From NCBI GenBank assembly GCA_963708075.1, contig OY970194.1, forward strand, positions 2,816,001-2,880,000: a DNA stretch of 64,000 bases, written 5' to 3'. Below the pieces are notes generated by a model, which made no database searches, was not told the origin of the DNA, and saw only the letters and a program-made list of their open reading frames with translations. The translations under genes and the position numbers were made by a program. Origin of the DNA: Sedimentisphaerales bacterium. Lineage in GTDB: Bacteria; Planctomycetota; Phycisphaerae; Sedimentisphaerales; Anaerobacaceae. This document shows, piece after piece, positions 10,225 through 21,154 of the stretch. Numbering within the stretch: the first letter of the stretch is position 1; the number at the start of each line of letters is the position of its first letter.

Positions 10225-11124
10225 ATGCAGATAGATGACAGACAACACAAACTGGCTTACGCGTATGCGGCCGTGGCGGTCCTGTTCTGGGCCACTGCCG
10301 CCTCGGCGTTCAAGCTCTCCCTGGAGCACGTCGGCGTGCAGCCGCTGTTGTTCATCGCCTCGATATCATCGACGCTTGTGTTCCTCCTCTATCTTGTCGC
10401 CACGGACAGACTGCGGCTGTTGCGAGCCTTCACACGAAGGGACTACCTCTGGTCGGCGGGGCTCGGGCTGCTCAACCCGTTCCTCTACTACGTGATTTTG
10501 TTCAAGGCTTACTCGCTGCTGCCGGCTCAGGAGGCTCAGCCGATCAACTTCGTCTGGCCGCTCACGCTCGTGCTGCTCTCGATCCCGCTGCTCGGCCAGC
10601 GCATCAAGCTCGTGAGCATCCTCGCCATTCTCGTCAGCTTCGCCGGTGTAGTCATCATCGCCACGCGGCCGGAAACACCAAGCGACATTCTCCGCTTTCG
10701 CTTCAGCAACGCTCGCGGCGTGTTCCTGGCCCTGAGCACCACGATCATCTGGTCGCTGTTCTGGATCTACAACGCGAAGGACCGACACGACGAGGCGGTC
10801 CGGCTCTTCGTGAACTTCGCTTTCGCCTCCGTCTACATCTTCGCTTTGATGCTTCTGACGGGTCAGGCGATGATCCCGGATTGGTCCGGGCTCCTCGGGG
10901 GCATCTACATCGGCCTGTTCGAGATGGGCATCACCTTCCTCGCCTGGCTCAAGGCGATGAGAAGCGCCAAGACGACGGCCCACGTGGTGAACCTGGTTTA
11001 TCTCGTCCCGTTCCTGTCGCTGCTGCTGATCGCCCTTGTAGTCGGGGAAAGGATTCTCCCGTCCACCCTCGTCGGCCTGGTCCTCATCGTCACTGGCATC
11101 GTCGCACAGAAGATGGCAGGCTGA
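10225..11124 (+). CDS. DMT/EamA-family transporter
   Basis: About 10 hydrophobic segments in two EamA-like halves; TATAAT at 10211-10216 just upstream. Confidence 0.85.
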   Translation: MQIDDRQHKLAYAYAAVAVLFWATAASAFKLSLEHVGVQPLLFIASISSTLVFLLYLVATDRLRLLRAFTRRDYLWSAGLGLLNPFLYYVILFKAYSLLPAQEAQPINFVWPLTLVLLSIPLLGQRIKLVSILAILVSFAGVVIIATRPETPSDILRFRFSNARGVFLALSTTIIWSLFWIYNAKDRHDEAVRLFVNFAFASVYIFALMLLTGQAMIPDWSGLLGGIYIGLFEMGITFLAWLKAMRSAKTTAHVVNLVYLVPFLSLLLIALVVGERILPSTLVGLVLIVTGIVAQKMAG

Positions 11125-11136
11125 GCATGCCAAGGC

Positions 11137-11216
11137 GGGTGCCATGCTTACGCTCGCGTAAGCATGTTTCGCGTCGATGGATGAAGCATGTCTACGCAAG
11201 CGCAGACATGGCACCC
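11137..11216. repeat. Palindromic repeat, family B, copy 2
   Basis: GGGTGCCATGCTTACGCTCGCGTAAGCATG...CATGGCACCC. Confidence 0.85.
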
Positions 11217-11446
11217 AGATAGAGTACGGTGCTGGCGGCGCCGTGGACGAGCACTCTCTGTCCAGCCGAGAGCCCCCCGGCATCGAAAAGTGCCTGCCAC
11301 GCCGTCATTGCCGCCAGTGGGATCCCGGCCGCATGGACCTGCACCAGCACTTCGCTCTTTCCCGCCTGCGGGCGAGGCGCATCCTCGTAAACCAGGACCT
11401 CCGGCCCGCCATACTCGTGAATGCCCACCGCCTTCATCGTGGCCAT
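11192..11446 (-). pseudogene. Internally deleted and truncated NADPH:quinone reductase/MDR-family oxidoreductase
   Basis: MKAVGIHEYGGPEVL...VHAAG is fused directly to IPLAAMTAWQALFD...VLVHGAA; the frame ends in repeat B after 84 aa. Confidence 0.8.
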
Positions 11447-11591
11447 GTTTCACCTCTACACGGGAACATAGAGCAGGCGTGCTCAGGCCGAAATAGGCAG
11501 ATGGCCCAATCCACGAAATCCAAAACCTCAAAGGGGCATCCGGTTGTGAGTGCCGGACGCCCCTTACAGATTCAAGCGAACAGATGACCTG

Positions 11592-13070
11592 TCAGACGGA
11601 ATCGGGAACGACGAACGGCTTGCGATAGGGCCGCGTCAGCAGGGCATTCGCTTCCTGGTTATTCACGAACTTCTCCGCCTTCGGATCGAACTTCAGCATC
11701 GGCCCGAGTTGGTAGGTGCTCTTGGATATGTCGAGGCCAATCGCGCCTTTGACGGTCTCGCAGACCCTGTCCCACGATTTGGTGATTTCCTCGTGCTTGC
11801 CGAGCACATCTGGCTTAGCTGTGCCGGCGACCTGCTCGCCGAGGCGATAGGAGATGTTGCCCAACTGGCAACACGCCGACGACAGGTATCCATCGGCAAT
11901 GTCGGCATTCAGGTCCTCAACCTTGCGACTGCGCATCGCCTGGATGAAATTATCGAAGTGGCCCTTGCCGGGACCCATTTTGATATCGACGTCCACCAGG
12001 GGTTCGGCCTTGTCGGAGCCTCTCGGATAGAATTTGCCGCCCCGGATGACCCCGGCCTCCAGATAGAACTCGTTCCCCACATTGGACGGGTACTTCTTGC
12101 CGTCCACGCCCACACGATCGACTAAGCCGATGACTTCGAACACCAGCAGCGGTCCGCCGAAGTCCATGATGGTCAACTGGCAGTTTGGCGTCTGAGCCTG
12201 GTCGGTGAAGGGCGGATGTCCCTCGGTCGAATTCACCCAGCGGCCGCCCATACTGATCACGCTCGTGGGCAGGGTCGCCCCTGGAATCGCCCAGCGGGCC
12301 TTGTCCATTTCGTGGACACCCTGGTTGCCGATCTCACCATTGCCAAAGTCCCAGAACCAGTGCCAGTTGTAGTGAACGAGGTTCTCATGGTACGGCTGCA
12401 TGGGCGCCGGGCCGAGCCAGATATCATAGTCCAGGTTCTCCGGCGGCTCCTTGATCGGCTTGAAGCCGATGCTCCATCGCCCGGTCGCCGAACCCTTGGA
12501 GGCCGCGCCCTTGGAGACCAGCAGTTTGCCGTACTTGCCGCTGGCGATCGCGGCCACCTGCCTGGCCCAGCCATCGCTGGAGCGGCTCTGTGTCCCGTGT
12601 TGCACGATCCGCTTGTACTTGCGCGCCGCCTCCATGCACTTTCGCCCCTCAAAGGGATTATGGCTGCACGGCTTCTCCACGTAGACATCTTTGCCCGCCT
12701 GGCAGGCCCAGATCGTCGCCAGCGAATGCCAGTGGTTCGGCGTGGCGATGGAGATGGCGTCGATGTCCTTGTTCTCCAGCAGCTTGCGGATGTCGACGTA
12801 CGTCTCGACTTTTCGGCCGTACTTCTTCTCGAACGCCTCCGCCTTGCTGCCGAGGACCTTCCGGTCCACATCGCAGAAGGCCACGACCTGCACGCCCTTC
12901 ATGTCCCCGAACTCACTGATGTGCGAGCCGCCCCGACCGTTGATGCCCACGACCGCCACCCGAATGTCCTCATTCGCCCCTCGAACTCGTGACGCCGGGC
13001 CTGCCAATGTCACGCCGAGACCTGCGACCAGTGACCCCTTCACGAACTGTCTGCGCGTGATGTACCTCAT
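11592..13070 (-). CDS. Tat-exported Gfo/Idh/MocA oxidoreductase
   Basis: TRRQFVK twin-arginine leader; ATPNHWH and VYVEKP; RBS GGAGG. Confidence 0.9.
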   Translation of the reverse strand: MRYITRRQFVKGSLVAGLGVTLAGPASRVRGANEDIRVAVVGINGRGGSHISEFGDMKGVQVVAFCDVDRKVLGSKAEAFEKKYGRKVETYVDIRKLLENKDIDAISIATPNHWHSLATIWACQAGKDVYVEKPCSHNPFEGRKCMEAARKYKRIVQHGTQSRSSDGWARQVAAIASGKYGKLLVSKGAASKGSATGRWSIGFKPIKEPPENLDYDIWLGPAPMQPYHENLVHYNWHWFWDFGNGEIGNQGVHEMDKARWAIPGATLPTSVISMGGRWVNSTEGHPPFTDQAQTPNCQLTIMDFGGPLLVFEVIGLVDRVGVDGKKYPSNVGNEFYLEAGVIRGGKFYPRGSDKAEPLVDVDIKMGPGKGHFDNFIQAMRSRKVEDLNADIADGYLSSACCQLGNISYRLGEQVAGTAKPDVLGKHEEITKSWDRVCETVKGAIGLDISKSTYQLGPMLKFDPKAEKFVNNQEANALLTRPYRKPFVVPDSV

Positions 13071-13133
13071 TTGGTGCCTCCTTTGGAATGTGCCATCAAT
13101 AGGACTTCTGTTGCGAATCATATGCCGGCAATC

Positions 13134-15634
13134 CTACCGCATGACGGCGTCCCATTCAACAGGTGAGTCGATTTTGACTGTTGTGACCTGCCACGGCTTG
13201 ACACTCAGGATGCTCGGCGCGGTCCCTATGTCACGGCCTGCAAGATCGACCTGTGTCATGGCCGCTTTGCCGGCGGTATAGCCAAGCGACAGCTCGCCTG
13301 CCCTGCCCCGGTACTCGTACAGCCGCACGTACGTTTTGCCATTGCGGTGGTACAGGGCCGAGACAATCGCATCAGCCGATTCCACCTGCACAGGTCGGAA
13401 AGTTTGCCCGAGCGGCCCATCGGCGGAAACGGCAGCCGCACCTACGGCGGGGAAGTTGTACTCCACAGCCCGGCGATGCAATTCCCCTGCCGACCAGACG
13501 CCCGTGAAAGGATAGAGGGCGAATTCATATTCGAAGTCGCCGCTCAGCATCCTCGTGCCCCAGATGTAATAGGAGGCATATGCCAGCGGGATGGAGAACC
13601 CGCCGTCCCTCTCACGAACGGCGCCCATCGTGCCCCTGTTGAATACGGCGACTCCCTTGCCCGCTCCGGCTATAGCCGTCCAGTACAGTCCATTGATATA
13701 CGGGTCGGTAGTCTCGCTGACCGCAAACGGCAGGTCACGAACGCCCACGGCATCGGCCGAGAAGGAGGGAAACATTTTGAAACGCAGCTTGTCCTCGTGA
13801 ACGAAACCGGACGCGCCGTCGCGCACGTCCTCGGTGACTCGCCCGATTTTCTGTCCTGCGTACCGGAACCGCATCCAGCAATCGATGCGAGGGCTCTCAC
13901 GATAGAACTTCATCTCGAGAGTATACGGGATGGTCCCGATCAGACCACTCTCGCGGGCAACCACCCAGGTTGCCCCACCCCGCGCCGCATCAAGGACCCA
14001 CCGCCCCCTGGAGGTCACGTCCTGTCCGTCGATCTTGCCTGCGAACAGACAGCCCGGTGATTCGGGCCGCAGGAATTCCTGGCCGCTACGCTTGTCCTTT
14101 ATCGACGACACGCCGCCGTCACGGTAAAAGCGAACATCCCAGAACGGAGTCGCCAGAGCCAGATTCTTGCTGTTAATGACCAGGTCGCCGGTTGCCGAGT
14201 CGGCTGCGCCTGGCGCAGCTCATAGGACACTACGCCCAGTCCTTCGAGATCGGCGAGGACTGCCAGCTTGATCTCCCGCAGGCTGCCGTCGGAGTGCAGG
14301 TCGGCGGACAGAACGGCAGAGGGCACGACTGTATCCGCGTGGACGACTTGCAGGCTTTTGGCGTAGCCTCGCGGAAGCGACACGGGCACCTCGACCCACG
14401 ACTGCCGTCGCCAGGAGACAGGATTGAACAGGACCAGTTGCTGAGAGCCCCGGGAATTCATGCGCGAGGCGAGGTACCGCATCGACCGCGCGGCGGCATC
14501 CTGCGACGAGCGAATGGACTCGGACAGGAATTTGCGTGCGTCCGGGAGCAATCCGCAGATCTGGATATCGTGATGCTGGGCCACGAGCAGGTTCTTCCAG
14601 GCTCTGTCCAAATCGCCGGCGCACCCATCGCCTCCCGCGATGGCGGCCAGCGCCGCGAGCCGTTCGGCCGTCAAGACCCCGACTTCCGCGGCGCGCGACT
14701 GATTCCAGATCTCGTTGCCGCAGTAGCCCCAGGGCATTCGCACGACAAAGTCGTTGGCTGTGGTCCGCAATTCTTCGCGGGGAGCGGGAAACAGCGGGAA
14801 GAGCTCGTCCAGCAACACCCACTGATAGCCCGGCTTTCCCTCGTACTCCCTGACAAGCTCCTCACGTTTGAGTCCGGCGTCATCCGCCCGACTGGCCAAT
14901 AGAGGCTGGATGCGGCCGAACTCCTTGCGAAAATCCGCAGGCGACTTCGGCGCCTCCCGGCTTGGATATCGCGTCAGGAACCAATTGTCGACCGTAGTTT
15001 TCCCGAATTGGGCCCCTTCGCCGTTATAGGTGGGCACCGTGGGGACGCGGGACCCATCGAGCCCTACCCACCAGCCGACGGGCACATCAAACGTCGGATT
15101 GTACCCGTACATCATGTAATGCGTTCGCATGATCGCGCCGGCAAAGCCGAATCCGCCGAGCAGTTGCGGAATCTGGGCGTGCATCGCGTGCTCGCTCATC
15201 AGGTAGACGTTCGGTGCAGAACCGAAGTATTTGCGGTCCGCCGCCAGGGCGTACTCGATCTGGCGAATGTTGGATTCCTCGTTGATGAAGACCGACAGGG
15301 GCTGCCCGTAGGTGCACGTGCCGATCCCGAAGCGGCCCTTGTATTTATCGAGGGAGCCCCGAATCTGTTCGATCACCGCCGGATCCTGCTCGGCCAGCCG
15401 ATCGTAGGTGTAGGCCTCGTTGTCCAGACCGATCTTGAACGACGGATAGCGATCCAACCACTCGGCGGCGGTCCGCAGGTGTTCCACGAAATGGTCGCGC
15501 CCCCAGAGGACCAGTCCCCCGTGGTCGTACGTCAGCATGTACAGCGGCGACGGCTCCGGAGCGGCAAATGCCCGCAGTGAGCCACAGGCGAACAGGAGTG
15601 CCAAAAAGATCAGGACGCGCAGACGATAGCCCAT
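13134..15634 (-). CDS. Secreted GH38 (alpha-mannosidase-like) glycoside hydrolase, split by a 1-base deletion near 14205-14215
   Basis: Signal peptide; INEESNIRQ, HAQIPQLL, WKNLLVAQHHD and FNPVSW. The alternative frame continues DSATGDLVIN... into ORF 13134-14111, which has the C-terminal YVRLYEY. Confidence 0.75.
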
Positions 15635-15666
15635 AGTACCTCCCTCGGGCGCCGACTCTGCCTTTG

Positions 15667-16554
15667 TCACTCTAACCCGGCGGCGCGTTTGGCGGATTCG
15701 ACAGTATTGTAGAGGAGCATGGTGATCGTCATGGGGCCGACGCCGCCGGGGACGGGAGTTATGAGAGAGGCTTTTTCCTTCACGGCGTCGAAATCGACGT
15801 CACCGACCAGACGAAAGCCCTGCTTCTTCGTCGCGTCCTCGATGCGGTTGACGCCCACGTCGATAACGACCACGCCCTCTCTGACCATGTCGGCCGTGAT
15901 CGTGTTGGGCCGGCCGGCAGCGGCAATGACAATATCCGCCTGCCGCGTGAAATACGCGAGGTCCCGGGTTCGCGTGTGACAGACCGTGACGGTCGCATTG
16001 CCGGTTGGGCTCTTCTGAATGAGCATATTGGCCAAGGGCTTGCCAACGATGTTGCTGCGGCCCGCGATGACTACGTGTGCCCCGTCAATCTTCACGCCGC
16101 TTCGCACGAGCAACTGCACCACGCCGTGCGGCGTGCAGGGCAAAAACGCCTTCTCCCCCACGACCATCTTCCCCACGTTCATCGGGTGAAATCCATCGAC
16201 ATCCTTGTTGGGGTCGATGGCGAGGAGCACCTCGGATTCGTTGAGGTGCCGCGGAAGGGGCAGTTGCACGAGGATGCCGTTGATCTTCGGATCGCCGTTC
16301 ATCCGCCGGACCAGGGCCATCAGTTCGTCCTGCGAAGTCCCAGCGGGCAGCCGGTTGTCATCGGAGAAGATGCCCATCTCTTCGCACGCCCGCTCCTTGG
16401 ACGTCACGTATGATTTCGAGGCGGGGTCCTCGCCAACCAGGATCACGCCCAATCCCGGCACGATCCCCCGCTTCTTCAGCCCAGCCACTTCATCCTTCAA
16501 CTCCGCCCGGATGTCCGCCGCGATTTGTTTGCCGTCGATAATTCGTGCTGTCAT
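15667..16554 (-). CDS. folD: Bifunctional methylene-THF dehydrogenase/cyclohydrolase
   Basis: IIDGK, KDVDGFHP, GRSNIVGKP and TPVPGGVGPMT. Confidence 0.97.
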   Translation of the reverse strand: MTARIIDGKQIAADIRAELKDEVAGLKKRGIVPGLGVILVGEDPASKSYVTSKERACEEMGIFSDDNRLPAGTSQDELMALVRRMNGDPKINGILVQLPLPRHLNESEVLLAIDPNKDVDGFHPMNVGKMVVGEKAFLPCTPHGVVQLLVRSGVKIDGAHVVIAGRSNIVGKPLANMLIQKSPTGNATVTVCHTRTRDLAYFTRQADIVIAAAGRPNTITADMVREGVVVIDVGVNRIEDATKKQGFRLVGDVDFDAVKEKASLITPVPGGVGPMTITMLLYNTVESAKRAAGLE

Positions 16555-16651
16555 TTGTCCTCATCTACAATCTGCGACTGACGACTAATACGAGAACGAC
16601 GATGCGCACAGCATCTTTGCAGATGGTAAATCGCAAACGGCAAACCGTCAA

Positions 16652-18415
16652 TCAAAACAGCCCGTGGACCTTACCCGTGTTGACATCGACGTCGACGCGG
16701 CGGAAGGCGGGATCGGAGCCGGTGCCGGGCATCAGCTTGATCGACCCGGCGACCGGGACCACGAAGCCGGCCCCTTTGTACACGAGGATGTCGTTGATCG
16801 GCAACGTCCAGCCTCGCGGCCGGCCCTTCAACTCCGGGTCATGGGACAGGCTCTGCTGCGTCTTGGCCATGCAGGTTCCCAGGTGCGTGCCGAGGGACTC
16901 CGCCTCCAATGCCTTGGCTCTTTCCAGAGCGGCATCCGTGTAGGTCACGCCGTCAGCACCGTATATCTCCCGAGCGATCAGCTCGATCCGCTGTCTCAAG
17001 GGCATCTTCATGTCGTAGAGGAAATGGAAATCGTTTTTCTCGTTGCAGCTTTCGATCACGGCCTCGGCCAGCTCGATCGCACCCCGGCCGCCTTTGAGCC
17101 AGTGCTCGGAAAGCACGGCCCGGGCGCCGTTGGCCGTGGCGATTCGCCTGACAAGGTCGATCTCCGCCTGCGTGTCGGTTTTGAAACTGTTGACGCAGAC
17201 GACCGGGCGCACGCCGCTCTTCCTGACGATCTCGATGTGCGCGATGAGGTTCTCACAGCCCTTCTCGACGAGGGCAAGGTTCTCGCTGGTGTATGCGGGA
17301 TCGAGCGGCATGCCGGGTTTGACAGCCGGGCCGCCACCGTGCATTTTCAGCGCGCGAATTGTCGCGACGATCACGACGGCATCAGGCCGGAGGCCGGACA
17401 TCCGGCACTTGAGGTTCCAGAACTTCTCATAGCCGATATCTGCGGCAAAACCGCTCTCGGTAACGTGGTAGTCGGCCAGTTTCGTGCCGATCCGGTCGGC
17501 GATGATCGAGCTTTGCCCGATGGCGATATTGGCGAAGGGTCCGGCGTGGATGAACATGGGCTGGCCCTCGATGGTCTGCACCAGGTTGGGATTGATGGCG
17601 TCGAGCATCCAGGCCGTCATGGCCCCATCCACCTCCAGGTCGCCCGTCGTGACCTCCCTGCCCCGCCGGTCGTAGGCCACGACCATCTTCGCGATCCGCT
17701 CGCGCAGGTCCTTCAGATCCCTGGCGACGGCCAGGATGGCCATGACCTCGCTGGCCACGGTCATCTGGAAGCCCGAACTCATCTCGAAGCCGTCCATCTT
17801 ATCGCCGAGCCCGATCCGAATGTGCCGCAGGCTCTGGGCACAGAAGTCGATGGCCCAGCCGATCTGCACGCGATTCGGATCGATGTCCAGGCGCCGCAAA
17901 TTGCTCTTCGCCAGGCGGGCGTCGTCGTAATTCCGCTCGTGCTGCAACCGCGCGGTCAGCGCCACCATCGCGAGGTTGTGGGCGCTGGTCACACAATCGA
18001 TGTCACCCGTGAGCCGGATGGAGATGGGGGTAAGCGGGATGCACTGGGCAAGGCCGCCGCCCGCCGCGGAGCCCTTGATGTTGAACGTCGGGCCGCTGCT
18101 GGGTTGGCGGATCGCCCCGCAGACCCGCTTGCCGAGCTGGCCCAATCCCTCGATCAGGCCGATGGTCGTGGTCGTCTTGCCCTCGCCCAGGGGCGTCGGG
18201 GTAATCGCGGTCACGTCGATGTATTTGGCCGTGGGAGCGTCCTGCAGCCTCGCCAGGACCTTCCTGTAGTCCACCTTGGCAAGCTTGTTCCCGTATGGGA
18301 TCAACTCGTCATCACCCAGGCCAATCTCGGCCGCCAGCCGCTGGATCGGCTTCATCCGCTCCTCGGCCGCCTCGGCTATTTCCCAGTCCTGCATTATTCG
18401 CGGGTCAAGTACCAT
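16652..18415 (-). CDS. fhs: Formate--tetrahydrofolate ligase
   Basis: [29 protein letters not shown] and [11 protein letters not shown]. Confidence 0.97.
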   Translation of the reverse strand: MVLDPRIMQDWEIAEAAEERMKPIQRLAAEIGLGDDELIPYGNKLAKVDYRKVLARLQDAPTAKYIDVTAITPTPLGEGKTTTTIGLIEGLGQLGKRVCGAIRQPSSGPTFNIKGSAAGGGLAQCIPLTPISIRLTGDIDCVTSAHNLAMVALTARLQHERNYDDARLAKSNLRRLDIDPNRVQIGWAIDFCAQSLRHIRIGLGDKMDGFEMSSGFQMTVASEVMAILAVARDLKDLRERIAKMVVAYDRRGREVTTGDLEVDGAMTAWMLDAINPNLVQTIEGQPMFIHAGPFANIAIGQSSIIADRIGTKLADYHVTESGFAADIGYEKFWNLKCRMSGLRPDAVVIVATIRALKMHGGGPAVKPGMPLDPAYTSENLALVEKGCENLIAHIEIVRKSGVRPVVCVNSFKTDTQAEIDLVRRIATANGARAVLSEHWLKGGRGAIELAEAVIESCNEKNDFHFLYDMKMPLRQRIELIAREIYGADGVTYTDAALERAKALEAESLGTHLGTCMAKTQQSLSHDPELKGRPRGWTLPINDILVYKGAGFVVPVAGSIKLMPGTGSDPAFRRVDVDVNTGKVHGLF

Positions 18416-18716
18416 TGAGAAACCGAACAGAAAAAACGCAGGCGGCCGGTCGTCGCGACGCAGCGATGCTCATGCCGCACAGCTTGTACATGGCGGGATT
18501 CATCACCCGCTGATCTTCAGGCTATTATGCTTCAAAATCGGCAAAATGGGTAATCCCTCAGCGCTGATTTTTGTAACTATTCTGCTATTTGGCCCGATTG
18601 TGGCCCGAAAAAGAGGTATCCACCCGGTCTGGGGACAGAGGATCTACGCCCGGCGTGAATCCGGGTAGTCCACCTTCTCTAAACGACACAAGGATCAGGA
18701 ACGCGATGGATGGACG

Positions 18717-19763
18717 TCAGCGAGGCTGCTGTTCAAGCCTCTGCTTCCGCAATTCCTCCACCTCCTGGCGAAGCCGCTTGTTCTCCTGTCGCAGTTCCTC
18801 CACCATGCGAGGCATTTCATCGCCGCCTGCCTCGGGTCCCCCCTGCGGCTTGGGACTCCGGAGACGCTGCTCCAACTCGCGAGCCTCGCGGGCAAGGGCC
18901 TCGGCCTTCTTGATGTCGCCCCGCTTCTCGGCCCGCTCGGCCATCATACGCATGTGCTTGAGCTGGGATTCCATCTTGAAACGCTCGATCTTCTGCTTCC
19001 CGGCTTTGCTTTCGCGTTCGAGGTTCTCGGCCCTCTTCCATAGCTCGCTGGCTTCCTCGTAGCGCCCTTCACTCTTGGCTCGCGAGGATTTTTCGCGCAA
19101 TTCCGCCGCCTCCCTGCGCATCGCCTCCAGGTTCGCCGCCATGTTTCGGACCTGGAGTTCGGTGCGCATCTTCATCTCAACAGCTTCAGCCTCCTCGCGC
19201 AGGCGTCGAGCCTCTTCCTCGCGTCCGGCCGCCTCCGCATCACGAGCCTGATCCTGCAACCGCTCGATCCGCTCCCGCAACTTGGGGAACTGCGGCTCTT
19301 CCATTCCCGGCTTCCGCTCTCGCGAGCGGATCTCATCCATCAGTCTCTCCCCGCGACGGCGCAGCTCCATCGCCTCCTCGCGCCGTCCCTCCCGCTCAGC
19401 ACGTCCGATGGCCTCTTTGATCTCCATCAACTCGCGCTGCATCGGGTCCATCGGGCCCGGCCCCGCACCAAACATCGCCCCCGGCCCCATGCCGGGCATC
19501 GGCCCCTGCCGGGCCATCTGATCAAGCTCGTCCGCCTGGCGGCGCAACTGATCCGCAAGCTCCTGAGCCTGGCGAGCCCGCTCATGCAACTGCCGGGCGT
19601 ACTCATGAATCGGAGGCATCGGGGGCTGGGGCTCCATCGGCCGCTCAGGACTGGGCTGAAAAACCGGCGGGCCGCCCCCGGGACGGTCCTGGGCTTGTGA
19701 AGCCAATACAAAAGCCAGGATGACGGCCAGGACTATGACAGCAAGATCGTTTTTCTTCCACAT
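18717..19763 (-). CDS. Secreted alpha-helical/coiled-coil repeat protein of unknown function
   Basis: Signal peptide; E/R/A/M-rich; four A-x-x-x-G-R/D-x-E/K-E/K-A repeats; RBS GGAAGG. Confidence 0.7.
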   Translation of the reverse strand: MWKKNDLAVIVLAVILAFVLASQAQDRPGGGPPVFQPSPERPMEPQPPMPPIHEYARQLHERARQAQELADQLRRQADELDQMARQGPMPGMGPGAMFGAGPGPMDPMQRELMEIKEAIGRAEREGRREEAMELRRRGERLMDEIRSRERKPGMEEPQFPKLRERIERLQDQARDAEAAGREEEARRLREEAEAVEMKMRTELQVRNMAANLEAMRREAAELREKSSRAKSEGRYEEASELWKRAENLERESKAGKQKIERFKMESQLKHMRMMAERAEKRGDIKKAEALAREARELEQRLRSPKPQGGPEAGGDEMPRMVEELRQENKRLRQEVEELRKQRLEQQPR

Positions 19764-19803
19764 ATGGTTAACCTTCCTTTCTTATGTCAGTCCCTGTGGG
19801 ACA

Positions 19804-21102
19804 TCAAAGGACGATTTGCTCCTTTTCCAAATCGAACCTGGCGACTTTGCCTTCTCGCAGGCCGAGCATGCCCATCTGCAGCGCGGTCTGGACGTAATAG
19901 GCCAGGTCCATCGGGCTTTCCGTCTCCTTCTTCCCGGACCGGCAGCAGGCCAGGAAGTTCTTCCAGTAGCCCGTGAAGTCCTCGCCGTGCTCAATGGCGA
20001 ATCGCTGTGGTTTTTTGTTCGAGCCGTCGGCTGGAATAAAGACGATTTCATTGCCCTGAAGCGTCAGCGTGCCGTCCCAGCCGCGGATTGTCGGCACCCT
20101 GCCGGGAGCGCCGCGACCACCGGCGGCGCCCTGGTAGTCATTGCCCTGCGTCCCAAGCACCGCGACGGTGATCTTCTCCGGGTAGTCGATAAGGGTATTG
20201 AACGTGTCCGGAATCTCGCGTTCCTGGTAGCGGAACTTGCCGCCGGTGGCGACGACCATACTGGGCATCTTGACGCCCAGCATGTATAGCAGCGGCGTCA
20301 GGCCGTGCGGGAACAGGTCCGTGGAGGGTCCGCCTGCGTAGTCCTCGTACATCCGCCACCGGAAGAACCGGCTGACGTCGAACGGCCGCTTCGGAGTGTC
20401 GCCGAGGAAGGCCTCCCAATTCAGGTCCGGCCCGGGCTTGGCGTTCGGATCGTCGATGGGCATGCCGCGCTCGCCCCAGTCGCCGACACGGAAATAACCG
20501 CACTCCGCGTGAATCGGCTGGCCGATCAGTCCATCCTGCAGGAGCTTTCGCATCTGGCGCCATGCGCTATCCGACATCCCCTGCGTCCCGAGCTGAAACG
20601 CCCGGTCGGATTCGCGAACGGTGTGCGCGAGGCGCTTGGTCAGCTCGAACTGCCGCCAGTGCGTCACCGGTTTTTCGCAGTACACGTGCTTTCCGGCCTT
20701 GATCGCGTCGACGGCCTGGTATCCATGGACATGGTCCGGCGTGGCGATGCAGACGACATCCACGTTCGGGTCGGCCAGCAACTCATGGTAATCCATGTAC
20801 GCCTTGCCGCCATAACCTTCGACCCGTTTCATCAGCCGGGGCCGGTACACGTCACACGCGGCGACGATCTCGACTGATTCCTTCGCCTGCGTCTTGAGCC
20901 AGTGCACCGCCTCGAAGTGCGCCCCGCTGCGTCCCCCGCAGCCGATGAATCCAACCCCAAGCCGCTCATTGACCCCAAGCACCCTACCCACAAACGGCCC
21001 CCGTGCCATTCCCATCATCGCCGCCCCAGCCACCGCGCCCGCGCCGTGCATGAATCCTCGCCGGGTCATGCTTCCATCCCTATTCCTTTTGCTTTCGCTC
21101 AT
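19804..21102 (-). CDS. Tat-exported Gfo/Idh/MocA oxidoreductase
   Basis: TRRGFM leader; GCGGR, ATPDHVH and YCEKP. Confidence 0.9.
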   Translation of the reverse strand: MSESKRNRDGSMTRRGFMHGAGAVAGAAMMGMARGPFVGRVLGVNERLGVGFIGCGGRSGAHFEAVHWLKTQAKESVEIVAACDVYRPRLMKRVEGYGGKAYMDYHELLADPNVDVVCIATPDHVHGYQAVDAIKAGKHVYCEKPVTHWRQFELTKRLAHTVRESDRAFQLGTQGMSDSAWRQMRKLLQDGLIGQPIHAECGYFRVGDWGERGMPIDDPNAKPGPDLNWEAFLGDTPKRPFDVSRFFRWRMYEDYAGGPSTDLFPHGLTPLLYMLGVKMPSMVVATGGKFRYQEREIPDTFNTLIDYPEKITVAVLGTQGNDYQGAAGGRGAPGRVPTIRGWDGTLTLQGNEIVFIPADGSNKKPQRFAIEHGEDFTGYWKNFLACCRSGKKETESPMDLAYYVQTALQMGMLGLREGKVARFDLEKEQIVL

Positions 21103-21154
21103 CGTGTTTATCCTCACAGAAGTGCATGGGCAACGGACTTGCCCACGCCGCAAA

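Noticed and set aside
16664..18418. Long antisense and alternative-frame ORFs (also 41124-43232, 32302-34107, 34349-35881)
   Set aside because: These are shadows of real genes in GC-rich DNA, with no motifs or RBS.
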